Positions 43,865-53,825 of a DNA stretch of 64,000 nt are shown here, one piece after another. A model generated the notes under the pieces. That model was not told the DNA's origin, ran no database searches, and saw only the letters and a list, made by a program, of their open reading frames with translations. Each line of letters begins with the position of its first letter. The stretch's first letter is position 1. The DNA lies in contig CAWFJJ010000030.1 of assembly GCA_963816185.1 (NCBI GenBank), positions 64,001-128,000 of the forward strand, in the 5' to 3' direction. Position numbers and translations under genes: made by a program. This DNA comes from Thermoanaerobaculia bacterium (GTDB taxonomy: Bacteria > Acidobacteriota > Thermoanaerobaculia > UBA5066).

Positions 43865-45031
43865 TTGAGCCTCCTGGGGATTTTTGTACTGGCCGTGGGA
43901 AGTCTTCTCAGTCCCAGGATGGGGTGGGGAGCCGCTACTGTGGAAGTTCGCCGCCTGGGTTTGAGCCGGGTGGGAGAAAACACCTTGTTGACCATCGTCC
44001 TGGATCGGACGGCGGAGCCGCAAATCACTGCCGCCAAGACCTCGGGAAAACCCCAATTGGTGGTGGAATTCCCCCAGGCCCGGGCTGGGAACCTGCCGAG
44101 CCGCCTGGAAGGGGATGATATCTTGGTGGAGCAAGTGGAAACCCAGTCCGCTGCCAGGGGGGTGAGGATCACCCTTGACCTGTTCCCGGACCAACCCTAT
44201 TCTTACTGGCGACAGAGTCGACCCGGCCTCGGAGGCCAGACCCTGTTCATCCTGGGTCTGAAGCCCGACACCTCGGGCCGCGGCCTGACGCAGATGCGGC
44301 CACCGGCGGGACCGGCGCCGACGCCTTCCGCCAGCCCTTCACTACCGGCGAGGGAGCCGGAGTACGCCACCCCGCCTCCGACGGAGCCTCCTGTGGAGGA
44401 GTACAAACCAGCGGCGCCCTCCGGGAACGTGGTTCCCGGCAGCTTTGCCGATTTGCGCCAACTGATACCCCGGGCCGGGGCGCTGCTGCAAAGCCTGGAA
44501 AACGAGGGCTGGAGCGTCGGCGAATCCCATAATTATAACCGGCCGGGCCAACGCAATTTTCGGGATTTTACTCTGTCAAACCGGAAGTACCCGGAATTGG
44601 CGGTGAAGATTGTGTATATGCCGTCTAATTCGCCCGGAACTCCCAATATCGGCATTGTCAGCCTGACTACCGACAATTGGTCGAGTGAGGCCGCCACCAA
44701 ATATCAGAGCCTGCGCCAGTGGAGTTTCGGCCGTATTAAGAAGGACTATGAAGATATCGGCGATTTCTTCGAGGATGCTTTGAAACCCCTGCGGGTGACT
44801 CTGCGGGAAGAGACCAAGTCTCTGGTGCTCAAAGATGCCGTGGTCTTCACGAATTTTGTGCAGGCCGCCTCCGGCAACCCCCAGGTGGCCGAGAAAGTCA
44901 TGAGCCACGTGCGGGAGAAAGTGAATCCTCGATTCGAAGGGGTGCAATACACCGTCTCGGAAAACCCCCTGATCATTCTCAATCAGGTGGATTTTCTTTA
45001 TGTGAAGGTCTATTTTCTGGATTCCAAGTAA
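43865..45031 (+). CDS. Secreted protein with AMIN-like N-terminal domain and Pro-rich linker
   Basis: Signal-like N-terminus, LTIVLD...PQLVVEFP...VRITLDL; function unknown. Confidence 0.6.
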   Translation: MSLLGIFVLAVGSLLSPRMGWGAATVEVRRLGLSRVGENTLLTIVLDRTAEPQITAAKTSGKPQLVVEFPQARAGNLPSRLEGDDILVEQVETQSAARGVRITLDLFPDQPYSYWRQSRPGLGGQTLFILGLKPDTSGRGLTQMRPPAGPAPTPSASPSLPAREPEYATPPPTEPPVEEYKPAAPSGNVVPGSFADLRQLIPRAGALLQSLENEGWSVGESHNYNRPGQRNFRDFTLSNRKYPELAVKIVYMPSNSPGTPNIGIVSLTTDNWSSEAATKYQSLRQWSFGRIKKDYEDIGDFFEDALKPLRVTLREETKSLVLKDAVVFTNFVQAASGNPQVAEKVMSHVREKVNPRFEGVQYTVSENPLIILNQVDFLYVKVYFLDSK

Positions 45032-45042
45032 GGAGGTGGACC

Positions 45043-45267
45043 GTGGCTAAGGAAATTACCATCTTCGGCAAGCAGTCCTGACCCTTCACCCTCAAGGCCC
45101 GGGAGGCCAAGAGTAAAGAGGGTTTTACCGTAATTTATAAGGATGTGATCCAAAGTTCCCAGGCCATGGAGGAGATGCAGGGCCTCATCCCGGGCAATCG
45201 CCGGGTGCCGGTGCTGCTGGAAGACGGCCAGGTGAGCATCGGCTTCGGCGGCGCCTGAAAGGCTTGA
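45043..45267 (+). CDS. UXX-star family glutaredoxin-like selenoprotein with two Sec codons
   Basis: RBS AAGGAGG, GTG start; MAKEITIFGKQS-U(45079)-PFTLKAREA...RRVPVLLEDGQVSIGFGGA-U(45256)-KA*; a hairpin follows each TGA. Confidence 0.85.
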
Positions 45268-45775
45268 GTCACCCACGGTCGTGGGTTTTTTTGCACAAAT
45301 CTGAGTAATCGGCTGGATCAAGGGCCGGGAGGTGGTAGCAAACCACCCCCGGCTTTTTTTCCACTATCTCCCGCCGGATTGCTTCGCAAGATTTCTTAAT
45401 GCCCTTGTACCGGCTTACTGGGAACGGGAAGAGGGCGTAGATGCTGGCCGAAACCACAATTTTTGCCAGAAGTCGGGTAGAAAGGAGCCCGATGGCTAAC
45501 TAAAATAAATAAAATAATTAAAGATTGAGTAACATATCTTAATTATTATTAAAATAGGTATAAAAAACGCATTAATAAAAATTCAGTTTTATGATTATAA
45601 AAAATGTCCCACTCTGAAGCATAAAATGAGCTTAAATGCTGGAAAATAACCCCATTATTGGGAAAATGGACGCGCTTTTTGCCACAGAAATTGTCAGGGA
45701 GGCGTGGGCAAATTTATTTATGGCGATTATTATTTAAGATTATCTGATGGTTATCAATATTGGTGAAATTTTTTC

Positions 45776-45804
45776 TTGACAGGCCGATCAATTGGCCATA
45801 AGAT
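45776..45804 (+). promoter_or_regulatory. Sigma70-type promoter
   Basis: TTGACA-N17-TAAGAT downstream of a ~300-bp AT-rich tract; the spacer holds the inverted repeat GGCCGAT/ATTGGCC. Confidence 0.7.
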
Positions 45805-45810
45805 GGTTCA

Positions 45811-46030
45811 AACAATCACAAAGGTCCTTTGGGTCGTGCGCTAGTGCACTTAACCAATGGCTTTTGGGGATAGGAACCTGAGACCGGGCGGCCGTCAATA
45901 CCGGGGATGTTCCCCGGCGAAGCGACCCTAGGCTGAAGGCGTCAAATTACTACCAAGAAATCCGGGGCTGCGGCCCCAATTTTTTCCTGGCGGTTCCTTT
46001 TTTCAAGTTATTCCCCAGCCATCGAAGCAA
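45811..46030 (+). ncRNA. Unidentified structured RNA / 5' leader candidate
   Basis: Several hairpins and long-range complementarity between the promoter and the 3D-domain gene; no Rfam family recognised by eye. Confidence 0.4.
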
Positions 46031-46059
46031 GCCTGAACTGTCTGCAAAGGGAGGGAGCC

Positions 46060-46422
46060 ATGAAAACGATGGCTTTAGTTTGCCTGATCGGGGTTGGGGT
46101 CTTCTGTGCCCCCCGACCTACCATGTGCGTCACCATGTCCATCGTGACGGTCACCGCTTATCACCATTGCCCGGGCTCCAGAGGCATCACGGCCTCCGGG
46201 GAACGGGTCAGGACCGGGATCATCGCGGTCAGCCGGGATCTGGAGAGAAATTTGAGTCTCGATTTTGGCGATCGAGTCTTACTGCATGGCTATGGGGTAT
46301 TCCAGGTTCAGGACCTCATGGCCCCCCGTTGGAACAGAAGAGTAGATATCTACCTGGATAACCAGAGAAAAGCCTGCGATTTCGGGTTGCGGCGCTATGT
46401 AGTCCTGGTCAAACTCGTCTGA
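46060..46422 (+). CDS. 3D (Asp-Asp-Asp) domain protein, secreted; peptidoglycan-lytic type
   Basis: VTVTAY, ITASG, IIAVSRDL, VQDLM..R...VDIY; signal peptide; RBS GGGAGG. Confidence 0.8.
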   Translation: MKTMALVCLIGVGVFCAPRPTMCVTMSIVTVTAYHHCPGSRGITASGERVRTGIIAVSRDLERNLSLDFGDRVLLHGYGVFQVQDLMAPRWNRRVDIYLDNQRKACDFGLRRYVVLVKLV

Positions 46423-46434
46423 CGACGCCTGCCC

Positions 46435-46995
46435 TTATTTAACTCGCTCAATATAAGCGCCGGTGCGGGTGTCCACCTTGACCCGGTCCCCTTCATTGAT
46501 AAACAGGGGCACCTGGACGGTGGCGCCGCTTTCCAGGGTCGCGGGTTTGGTCCCCCCCGCGGCGGTGTCGCCCTTGACCCCGGGTTCGGTCTGGGCTATG
46601 GCCAGTTCCACGAAGTTGGGCAGCTCCACGGTGATCGGCTGTTTATTATAGAACAGGACCTCGACGTTCAGGTTGTCAATCAGGTAGAGGCGCCCGTCCC
46701 CCATCTGCTCTTCGGTGAGCATGATCTGTTCATAAGTCTCGTTGTCCATCATGCAGTAGCGGTCGCCTTCCCGGTAGAGATACTGCATCTCCTTTTCCTC
46801 TAGGTCCGGCTTCTCCACCTTTTCTCCGGAGCGGAAGGTCTGGTCCACCACCCGGCCATTGAGCAGGTTCTTCAGCTTGGTGCGGACGAAGGCGCCGCCT
46901 TTGCCGGGTTTGACGTGTTGAAAGTCCACGATGACATATGGAATACCGTCTATTTCGACCTTGAGGCCTTTCTTGAATTCAGCAGTGGAATACAT
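46435..46995 (-). CDS. efp: Elongation factor P
   Basis: [24 protein letters not shown]...VDTR. Confidence 0.98.
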   Translation of the reverse strand: MYSTAEFKKGLKVEIDGIPYVIVDFQHVKPGKGGAFVRTKLKNLLNGRVVDQTFRSGEKVEKPDLEEKEMQYLYREGDRYCMMDNETYEQIMLTEEQMGDGRLYLIDNLNVEVLFYNKQPITVELPNFVELAIAQTEPGVKGDTAAGGTKPATLESGATVQVPLFINEGDRVKVDTRTGAYIERVK

Positions 46996-47117
46996 GTCTA
47001 ACTATCCTTTCTTAAAATGAAATAAGATGAAATTTCTCCCCCAAGGCGCCTTTAGGCAGACCAACCATGCTTCGGCCAATCCCAGTCGCGGGGAAATTTA
47101 GCAGATAACCTTCAGGG

Positions 47118-47594
47118 CTACTGAACGTTGTTGGAGCCGGGTTTGGGCGCCCCCTCCAGGAAATGCCAGGCCCACGACTGTTGGCGGGCCTTCGGCGGCT
47201 CTCCGGGTTTGGCCTGGGGTTCAACTGCAGGGGCCACACTGGGCGCGGCGGCTGGAGAGGTCTGCTTGCTTTCCCGGCCGGGAGGCAACTGAAAGATTAT
47301 TTCGTTTTTTTTGACGAAATTCAACTCCCGCCGGATGAATTCCTGGATCATTTCCGGATCGTTCCGCAAGCGATCAATGGTGCGGGTCAAGCGGGCGTTT
47401 TCTTCCGCCAGGCGGGCGTTGTCCTGATCCAGCCGGACCCGGTCGTGACGGAAACGATAGATCTGATAAAGGCCGCGGTGGCTGAAAAGTACCAAGGCAA
47501 CCACCAGCAGCCCCAGGGCAACGGCCACCCCGGCGAGCAGTTTATGGCTACCCTTGGCCTCGAGGCCCTCGACCTGAGTAGTCGACGAAGTCAT
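47118..47594 (-). CDS. ftsB: Septum formation initiator FtsB/DivIC
   Basis: TM then coiled coil ENARL..IDRL..DPEMI...RRELNFVKKNE. Confidence 0.8.
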   Translation of the reverse strand: MTSSTTQVEGLEAKGSHKLLAGVAVALGLLVVALVLFSHRGLYQIYRFRHDRVRLDQDNARLAEENARLTRTIDRLRNDPEMIQEFIRRELNFVKKNEIIFQLPPGRESKQTSPAAAPSVAPAVEPQAKPGEPPKARQQSWAWHFLEGAPKPGSNNVQ

Positions 47595-47746
47595 GTTCTC
47601 CCCCCAAACCAGACTTCTTGACTGAATAATGCCTGAAAAACCTGACAGATGCAAGCAAAAACGGCTGTTTTAGAGGACTTAGCCCGGCGAAAGCGTTTTT
47701 TTTACCGATGGGGGGAACATGGTCAGGGCGGTTCTCGAACCGTCCT

Positions 47747-48299
47747 TTACTCTGGCCCCTGATCCCTGACCCCTGACCCCGGCCTTTCCTGGGCCGCCCG
47801 AATCTGGTCCAGAATGGCGTTGACAAAGCCGCCGGAGTCTTCGCTGCCGTAACGCTTGGCCAGTCTATGGCCTCGTTGATCACCACCTTGGGAGGAATTT
47901 TGGGGATATAAAGGAGTTCAGAGGCGGCCAGTCGCAGAAGATTGAGATCCATCACGGTCATGCGTTCCAGTCGCCAATGCTCGGAATAGCGGGCGATAAG
48001 GGCATCCAACTCCTCCCGGTGAACCGCCACCTCCTGCACCAGATTCCTGCAGATAAGCGGGAGGCGCATAATTTATGAGACTTATCTGGGTGAGTCGGCG
48101 CACCGGGCCGACTCTGAGGCCGATATTCTTAAATGGAATTAATTTGGCACGGCCCTTTCTGGCTCGAATAATTAATAAAGGTCCAAAGTGGCTCCAGAAA
48201 CGCTCCAGGTCCTCCCGGCCAGCGACCCCCGACAAAATCGGCCTGATAAAGAAATTTCAGCGCCCATTCCCGGCACTGGCTGCGGGAATAAGCCGCCAA
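47747..48299 (-). CDS. nusB: Transcription antitermination factor NusB (frameshifted, with internal insertion)
   Basis: REWALKFLYQ; SEHWRLERM..D..LLRLA; PPKVVINEA; LAKRYGSEDSGGFVNAILD, spread over several frames; directly after ribH. Confidence 0.85.
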
Positions 48300-48302
48300 A
48301 AA

Positions 48303-48770
48303 TCAGGCCCCCAGGCCTTTCAGGAGATTGACCATTTCAATGGCGGCCTCCGCCGCGGCAAAGCCCTTGTTGCCCGCCTTGCTGCCGGCCCGCTCGATGG
48401 CCTGCTCCAGGGTGTCGGTGGTGAGAATCCCGAAGGAGATGGGCATGCCGGACTCCAGGCTCACCATCGCGATGCCTTTGCTCACTTCCGCGGCCACGTA
48501 ATCGAAATGGGGCGTAGAACCCCGAATCACCGCGCCCAGGCAGATCACGCCATCATAAGCCTTGGACTGCGCCAGGCGTTTGACCACCACCGGAATCTCC
48601 CAGGCCCCGGGCACCCGCGCCACCATGAGGTCGTCTTCCGCCACTCCCTGGCGCCGCAGGCAATCCAGGGCGCCCTCCAGCAGGCGCTCGGTAATAAAGG
48701 AATTGAAGCGGCTGACCACCAGGGCGAATTTCAGGCCTGCACCGCTGAGCTTGCCTTCGACTGTACGCAT
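48303..48770 (-). CDS. ribH: 6,7-dimethyl-8-ribityllumazine synthase
   Basis: [30 protein letters not shown]. Confidence 0.97.
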   Translation of the reverse strand: MRTVEGKLSGAGLKFALVVSRFNSFITERLLEGALDCLRRQGVAEDDLMVARVPGAWEIPVVVKRLAQSKAYDGVICLGAVIRGSTPHFDYVAAEVSKGIAMVSLESGMPISFGILTTDTLEQAIERAGSKAGNKGFAAAEAAIEMVNLLKGLGA

Positions 48771-48923
48771 CCTTCCCCCTTTTTGGTGTACAATTGTTCT
48801 CGTTCCGAGCTTGCTTGTGAGGCAAATTTTAAACGAGGCTAGCTGCGTAATCCAAAGACCAGGTTGAGAACTAAAGGCTCTTTCTCCGGTTACCCTTTTC
48901 CCCTTTCGCCTTTTCCCCCTGCT

Positions 48924-50132
48924 TTAACTTTCCACCAGTTTCAACATATGCCCCATCTTTTGGCATTTGGTTTTCAGGTAATTGCGATTCACCCGGTTGG
49001 GCGGGATCTCCAGGGCCACCCGCTCTACCATGTTGAGGCCGTAGCCTTCCAGGCCGATGATCTTCTTGGGGTTGTTGGTCATCAGGCGCATCTTGCGCAC
49101 CCCCAGGTCCCGGAGGATCTGGGCTCCGATGCCGTAATCCCTGAGGTCCGCCTTGAAGCCCAGGGCCTCGTTGGCTTCCACCGTATCGGCGCCCTGGTCC
49201 TGCAGTTCATAGGCCCGCAGTTTGTTGACCAGGCCGATGCCCCGGCCCTCCTGGTGCATATAGAGGATGATGCCTTTGCCTTCGCATTCCACCAGTTGCA
49301 TGGCGGCTTCCAACTGGTCGCCGCAGTCGCAGCGCAGCGAATGGAAGACGTCGCCGGTGACGCACTCGGAATGGACCCGCACCAGGACCGGCTCGGCGGG
49401 GTCGATCTCCCCCTTCACCAGGGCCATGTGCTGGTTGTCGTCCACGTCATTGTCGTAAGCCACCGCAGTGAACTCACCATAGTAGGTAGGCAGCTTGACC
49501 ACGGCCCGGCGGTGTACGAAGGACTCGTGGCGCAGCCGGTACTCCACCAGGTCGGCGATGGTGGCGATCTTGATATTATGCTCGACCGCGAATTTTTCCA
49601 GGTCCGGCATCCGGGCCATGGTGCCGTCGTCCTTCATGACCTCGCAGATGACCGCGGCGCCCTTCAGCCCCGCCAGGCGGGTCAGGTCCGTGGAGCCCTC
49701 GGTCTGGCCGGTGCGCACCAGCACCCCGCCCTTGCGGGCCCGGATGGGAAAGACGTGGCCGGGGCTCACCAGGTCATCCGGCCGGGTGTGATCCGCCACC
49801 GCGGTGAGGATGGTGGTGGCCCGGTCTGCCGCGGAGATGCCGGTGGTCACCCCCCGGCGGGCCTCGACGGAGACGGTGAAGGCCGTCTTGAAGCCCGACT
49901 GGTTGTCGCGCACCATCTGGGGCAGTTGCAGGCGCTCCACCAGGGGCGGATCCAGGGCCAGGCAGACGAGGCCCCGGCCGAAACGAGCCATGAAATTGAC
50001 GGCCTCCGGGGTCACCAACTCCGCGGCCATGGTCAGGTCACCTTCGTTTTCCCGGTCTTCGTCGTCCACCAGGATGATCATCTTCCCCTGGCGCATATCT
50101 TCGATGGCTGCTTCAATAGGTGCTATCGACAT
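48924..50132 (-). CDS. ribBA: Bifunctional DHBP synthase / GTP cyclohydrolase II
   Basis: [33 protein letters not shown]. Confidence 0.97.
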   Translation of the reverse strand: MSIAPIEAAIEDMRQGKMIILVDDEDRENEGDLTMAAELVTPEAVNFMARFGRGLVCLALDPPLVERLQLPQMVRDNQSGFKTAFTVSVEARRGVTTGISAADRATTILTAVADHTRPDDLVSPGHVFPIRARKGGVLVRTGQTEGSTDLTRLAGLKGAAVICEVMKDDGTMARMPDLEKFAVEHNIKIATIADLVEYRLRHESFVHRRAVVKLPTYYGEFTAVAYDNDVDDNQHMALVKGEIDPAEPVLVRVHSECVTGDVFHSLRCDCGDQLEAAMQLVECEGKGIILYMHQEGRGIGLVNKLRAYELQDQGADTVEANEALGFKADLRDYGIGAQILRDLGVRKMRLMTNNPKKIIGLEGYGLNMVERVALEIPPNRVNRNYLKTKCQKMGHMLKLVES

Positions 50133-50208
50133 AATTAAATTCCTGTTTTCCGTTTCTTATATTATTTCGGTGGCACAGGCCTCTGGCCTGTGATTCTCTT
50201 CTTACTGC

Positions 50209-50871
50209 TCACTGCTCACTGCTCCTTACAAAAACCCGTGCCGGGCCAGCAGCTCCGCCGTGACCCCCTCCTCCTGCGGACGCCTCTCGCCCCAGCATCC
50301 GGGCCACGTACTTGCCGATGAGGTCCGTTTCCAGGTTGACCCGGTCCCCCACCTTCAAGGCGGCCAGGGTGGTTTCCTGGGCGGTATGGGGGATGATGTT
50401 CACCGTGAAGGTGTTGCCCTGCACCGCGTTCACCGTCAGGGAAACCCCGTCCACCGCGATGGAGCCCTTCTCGATGACGAAGCGGCTCAAGGCTTCGGGC
50501 AGCTCGATGTGTAATTGAAAATAGGCCGGTCCGTCCCGGCGCTGCCGCACCGCGCCGGCCGCGTCCACGTGGCCGGTGACCAGGTGGCCGCCCAGACGGT
50601 CGCCAAGTCTAAGTGATCTTTCTAAGTTTACCCGGTCGCCCACCTTTTTCAAGGGGAAAGTGGTGCGGGCCAGGGTCTCGGGCGACACCTCGAAGCTGGC
50701 CGCGGGCGGATTAATGGCCACCACCGTCAGGCAGGCCCCGGCCACCGCCACTGACTCCCCCAGGACCAACTCTGCGGCTGGAAAGGCAGTCTTGACCACA
50801 ATCCTGAGCCCTTCCGCCTGGGGCGTGAGCCCGACGATCTCTCCCACCCCTTCCACTAAACCGGTAAACAT
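50209..50871 (-). CDS. ribE: Riboflavin synthase (possible frameshift in the last codons)
   Basis: MFTGL, GACLTV, NLERSL, GGHLVTGH, DGVSLTV, VNLETD. Confidence 0.95.
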   Translation of the reverse strand: MFTGLVEGVGEIVGLTPQAEGLRIVVKTAFPAAELVLGESVAVAGACLTVVAINPPAASFEVSPETLARTTFPLKKVGDRVNLERSLRLGDRLGGHLVTGHVDAAGAVRQRRDGPAYFQLHIELPEALSRFVIEKGSIAVDGVSLTVNAVQGNTFTVNIIPHTAQETTLAALKVGDRVNLETDLIGKYVARMLGREASAGGGGHGGAAGPARVFVRSSEQ

Positions 50872-51103
50872 GTATGAATTTCCTGAATGGCGAATTTATT
50901 TTGTAATTTTACAATTATTACGGCGAAAGCGCAAACGCCTTTCTCCAGAAAAAACGGCGCCTATTCGAGGCGCCGCTTTTTACAATATGATGCGACTGGT
51001 GGGGCGGGCCTCCGTGCCCGCCTTCCGGTGGGCGGCCAGAGACGGCTGCCCCACCTGTCTTAGTGGAACCGCCCAGGGCGGCGGTGCCACCTTTACTCGT
51101 CCC

Positions 51104-52159
51104 TCAAGCCACCGTCACTTCCTTGCTCAGGAAGACATCCTGGATGGCGTTGAAGAGCTCCACCCCTTCCTTCATGGGGCGCTGGAAGGTCTTGCGCCCG
51201 GAGATCAGCCCCATGCCGCCGGCCCGCTTGTTGATCACCGCGGTGCGCACCGCGTCGGCCAGGTCGTTTTTCCCGGAGCCGCCGCCGGAGTTGATCAGGC
51301 CCGCCCGGCCCATGAAGCAATTGGCCACCTGGTAGCGCACCAGGTCGATGGGGTGGGCGCTCGTCAGCTTGGTGTAGACCAGCTCGTTGGTCTTGCCGAA
51401 CTTGGGGATGGCCTTGTAGCCGCCGTTGCACTCCGCCATCTTCTGTTTGATGATGTCCGCCTCGATGGTCACGCCCAGGTAATTGGCCTGGCCGGTGAGG
51501 TCGGCGGAGGCGTGCATGTCCCCCTGCTCCGTCTTGAAGGCGGGGTTGCGCAGGTAGCACCAGAGGATGCAGGCCATCCCCAGTTCGTGGGCCAGCTTGA
51601 AGGCCTCGCTGATCTCCTGGATCTGGCGCCGGGACTCAGCGGAGCCGTAATAGATGGTCGCCCCCACCGCCACCGCCCCCAGATCGAAGGCCTGCTCCAC
51701 GCTGGCGAACAGGGTCTGGTCGTAGAAATTCGGGTAGCTCAGCATCTCGTTGTGATTGATCTTGACGATGAAGGGGATCTTGTGGGCGTATTTCCGGGCC
51801 ACCGAGCCCAGCACCCCGAGGGTGGAGGCCACGGCGTTGCAGCCCCCTTCCAGGGCCAGCTTGATGATGTTTTCCGGGTCGAAATAGATGGGGTTGGGGG
51901 CAAAGGAGGCCGCGGCGGAGTGCTCCACCCCCTGGTCCACCGGCAGGATGGAGAGGTAGCCGGTGCCGGCCAGGCGGCCGTGGCCGAACAGAGACGCCAG
52001 GGAACGCAGCACCCCGGGCGAGCGGTCGCTCACCACGCAGACCCGGTCGATGAAGTCCGGACCCGGCAGGTGCAGGCTCTCCTTGGGGAAGCCGGTGCAT
52101 TTATGACTCAGCAGGTTGTCGGCCTCAGAACCTAACAATGATTGAATTTTTTTGATCAT
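51104..52159 (-). CDS. fbaB: Class I fructose-bisphosphate aldolase (DhnA/FbaB type)
   Basis: [34 protein letters not shown]; ATG at 52159. Confidence 0.95.
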   Translation of the reverse strand: MIKKIQSLLGSEADNLLSHKCTGFPKESLHLPGPDFIDRVCVVSDRSPGVLRSLASLFGHGRLAGTGYLSILPVDQGVEHSAAASFAPNPIYFDPENIIKLALEGGCNAVASTLGVLGSVARKYAHKIPFIVKINHNEMLSYPNFYDQTLFASVEQAFDLGAVAVGATIYYGSAESRRQIQEISEAFKLAHELGMACILWCYLRNPAFKTEQGDMHASADLTGQANYLGVTIEADIIKQKMAECNGGYKAIPKFGKTNELVYTKLTSAHPIDLVRYQVANCFMGRAGLINSGGGSGKNDLADAVRTAVINKRAGGMGLISGRKTFQRPMKEGVELFNAIQDVFLSKEVTVA

Positions 52160-52349
52160 CGCCACCTTGCCACCTCCTGAAAACGGTTTTCGGTTTTCAG
52201 TTTTTTTCTGTTCCCAAGCTCCAGCTTGGGAACCCGTTTGATGCAAAGCTCCAGCTTTCGAGGATGGCAGAAATATTATGATTGCCAAAAAACGGACCCT
52301 TATTTAATAATAAGATGCCCCTAAACGTAGGCAAGGGCAAATATTTTTT

Positions 52350-53549
52350 CTATTTTTTATCCCCAGCTGCCAACTCCAGGGCCACCTGGGCCGCCCGGGC
52401 CGAGGCGCCGGGGCCCTGCAAGCGGGTGATGACCCGGGCCAGGCCCTGAAAGATGGACTTCAGACGCTCCCGGTCGGCAATCAAGTCCAGGACCTCCTGA
52501 GCCAGCCGCTCCGGGGTGAAGTCATCCTGGAGGAGTTCCGGGAAAAGACGTTCGCCGGCCAGGAGGTTGGCCATGCCCACGTGGTCCACCCGGACCAGGC
52601 TGCGCGCCACCCGGAAGGTCAGGGGCGACACCCGATAGACGATCACCGTGGGCGTGCCGGCCAGGGCCGCCTCCACCGTGGCCGTGCCCGAGGCCACCAC
52701 CGCCAGGTGGGCCGCGGCTAAGGCCTCGTAAGACTGGCCGGAGATAATTTTTAGATGCAGCCCTGGCGCCCCCGCCGGTCCCTGCCCAGCCGGGCGCGGC
52801 TGCTCTCCATCTCCTGCGGCCACCATCTCCTTGACCAACGCCACCGGGGCCGTGGAGGCCAGGGGCAGGAGGAACTGGGCCTGCGGGATGGCTGCCTGGA
52901 TCAATCGGGCTCCGGCCAGCATCATCGGCAAGTGGCGCTCAATTTCACTGGCCCGGCTGCCGGGGAGCAGGGCCAGGGTGAGGCGCTCGGGGTCCAGGCC
53001 CCATTGGGTCAACAGGCCGCGGCGGTCCACCCGGGGCGGCAGGCCCTCCAGCATCGGGTGCCCCACGTAAGTCACCGGCACCCCCCGCTGCCGGTAAAAT
53101 TCTTCTTCAAAGGGAAAGATCACCACCATGCGGTCCACCAGGCGGGCAATGGTGCGCACCCGGTAGGTGCGCCAGGCCCAAACCTGGGGACTGATGTAGT
53201 ACATCACCGGCACCCGGTAAAATTTGGCCAGCCGGGCCACCCAAAAGTTGAAGTCCGGGAAATCCACCAGGATGACCAACGCCGGGCGCTCGGCCTTCAG
53301 GGCCCGGCCCACGTCCCGCAAAGCCCGCAGCACCGCGCCCAGCCGGCCCACCACCTCCGAGAGGCCCATTACCGCCAGCTCCGAGGCGTGGCAGAGGAGA
53401 CGCACCCCCTGGGCGGCCATGGCCTCGCCGCCGATGCCGAAAAACTCGGCTCGGGGCTCTTTCGCCTTGATGGCCGCCACCAGGCGGGCCGCATGCTCGT
53501 CTCCGGAGGCCTCCCCGGCGACGACGAGAATTTTTTTATGCTCAGCCAT
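52350..53549 (-). CDS. lpxB: Lipid-A-disaccharide synthase
   Basis: AGEASGD, DFPDFN, SPQVWAWR, LLPGSR, ASGTAT. Confidence 0.96.
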   Translation of the reverse strand: MAEHKKILVVAGEASGDEHAARLVAAIKAKEPRAEFFGIGGEAMAAQGVRLLCHASELAVMGLSEVVGRLGAVLRALRDVGRALKAERPALVILVDFPDFNFWVARLAKFYRVPVMYYISPQVWAWRTYRVRTIARLVDRMVVIFPFEEEFYRQRGVPVTYVGHPMLEGLPPRVDRRGLLTQWGLDPERLTLALLPGSRASEIERHLPMMLAGARLIQAAIPQAQFLLPLASTAPVALVKEMVAAGDGEQPRPAGQGPAGAPGLHLKIISGQSYEALAAAHLAVVASGTATVEAALAGTPTVIVYRVSPLTFRVARSLVRVDHVGMANLLAGERLFPELLQDDFTPERLAQEVLDLIADRERLKSIFQGLARVITRLQGPGASARAAQVALELAAGDKK

Positions 53550-53825
53550 ATATTCTATCGAAAAAAAAAGCCGGTATGGCGGCCCTCATGGGAATTAGGG
53601 GCGGTTCACGAACCGCCCTCGGCTAGTAGTCTCTTCCCCTTTTCGCCTTTTCGCCCTTCTTTTCATCCCTTAGCTTTTTTCGTTGCCGCCATGATCTCCA
53701 GTAAAGCGTAGGGCGGGAAAGCGCAGCGCATCCCGCCTTCGGCCATTCAGGTTAGACCTTACTTATGCCTCAATATATTCGCTTGGGCAGCAGATGATCA
53801 TCATGGGCTTCCCCTTTTCCCCTTT

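Noticed and set aside
45885-45950. Minus-strand resemblance to c-di-GMP-I riboswitch words (GACGC..AGCCTAGGGTC..GACGGCC)
   Set aside because: It lacks the GGCAAA/GNRA P2 hairpin and faces no gene; 6S RNA and ydaO consensus features also could not be matched by eye.
50871-51100. FMN riboswitch expected upstream of the rib operon
   Set aside because: No RFN consensus (AGGGCGGGGTGAAATTCCCGACCGGCGGT-like) is seen; only a hairpin and REP-like palindromes are present.
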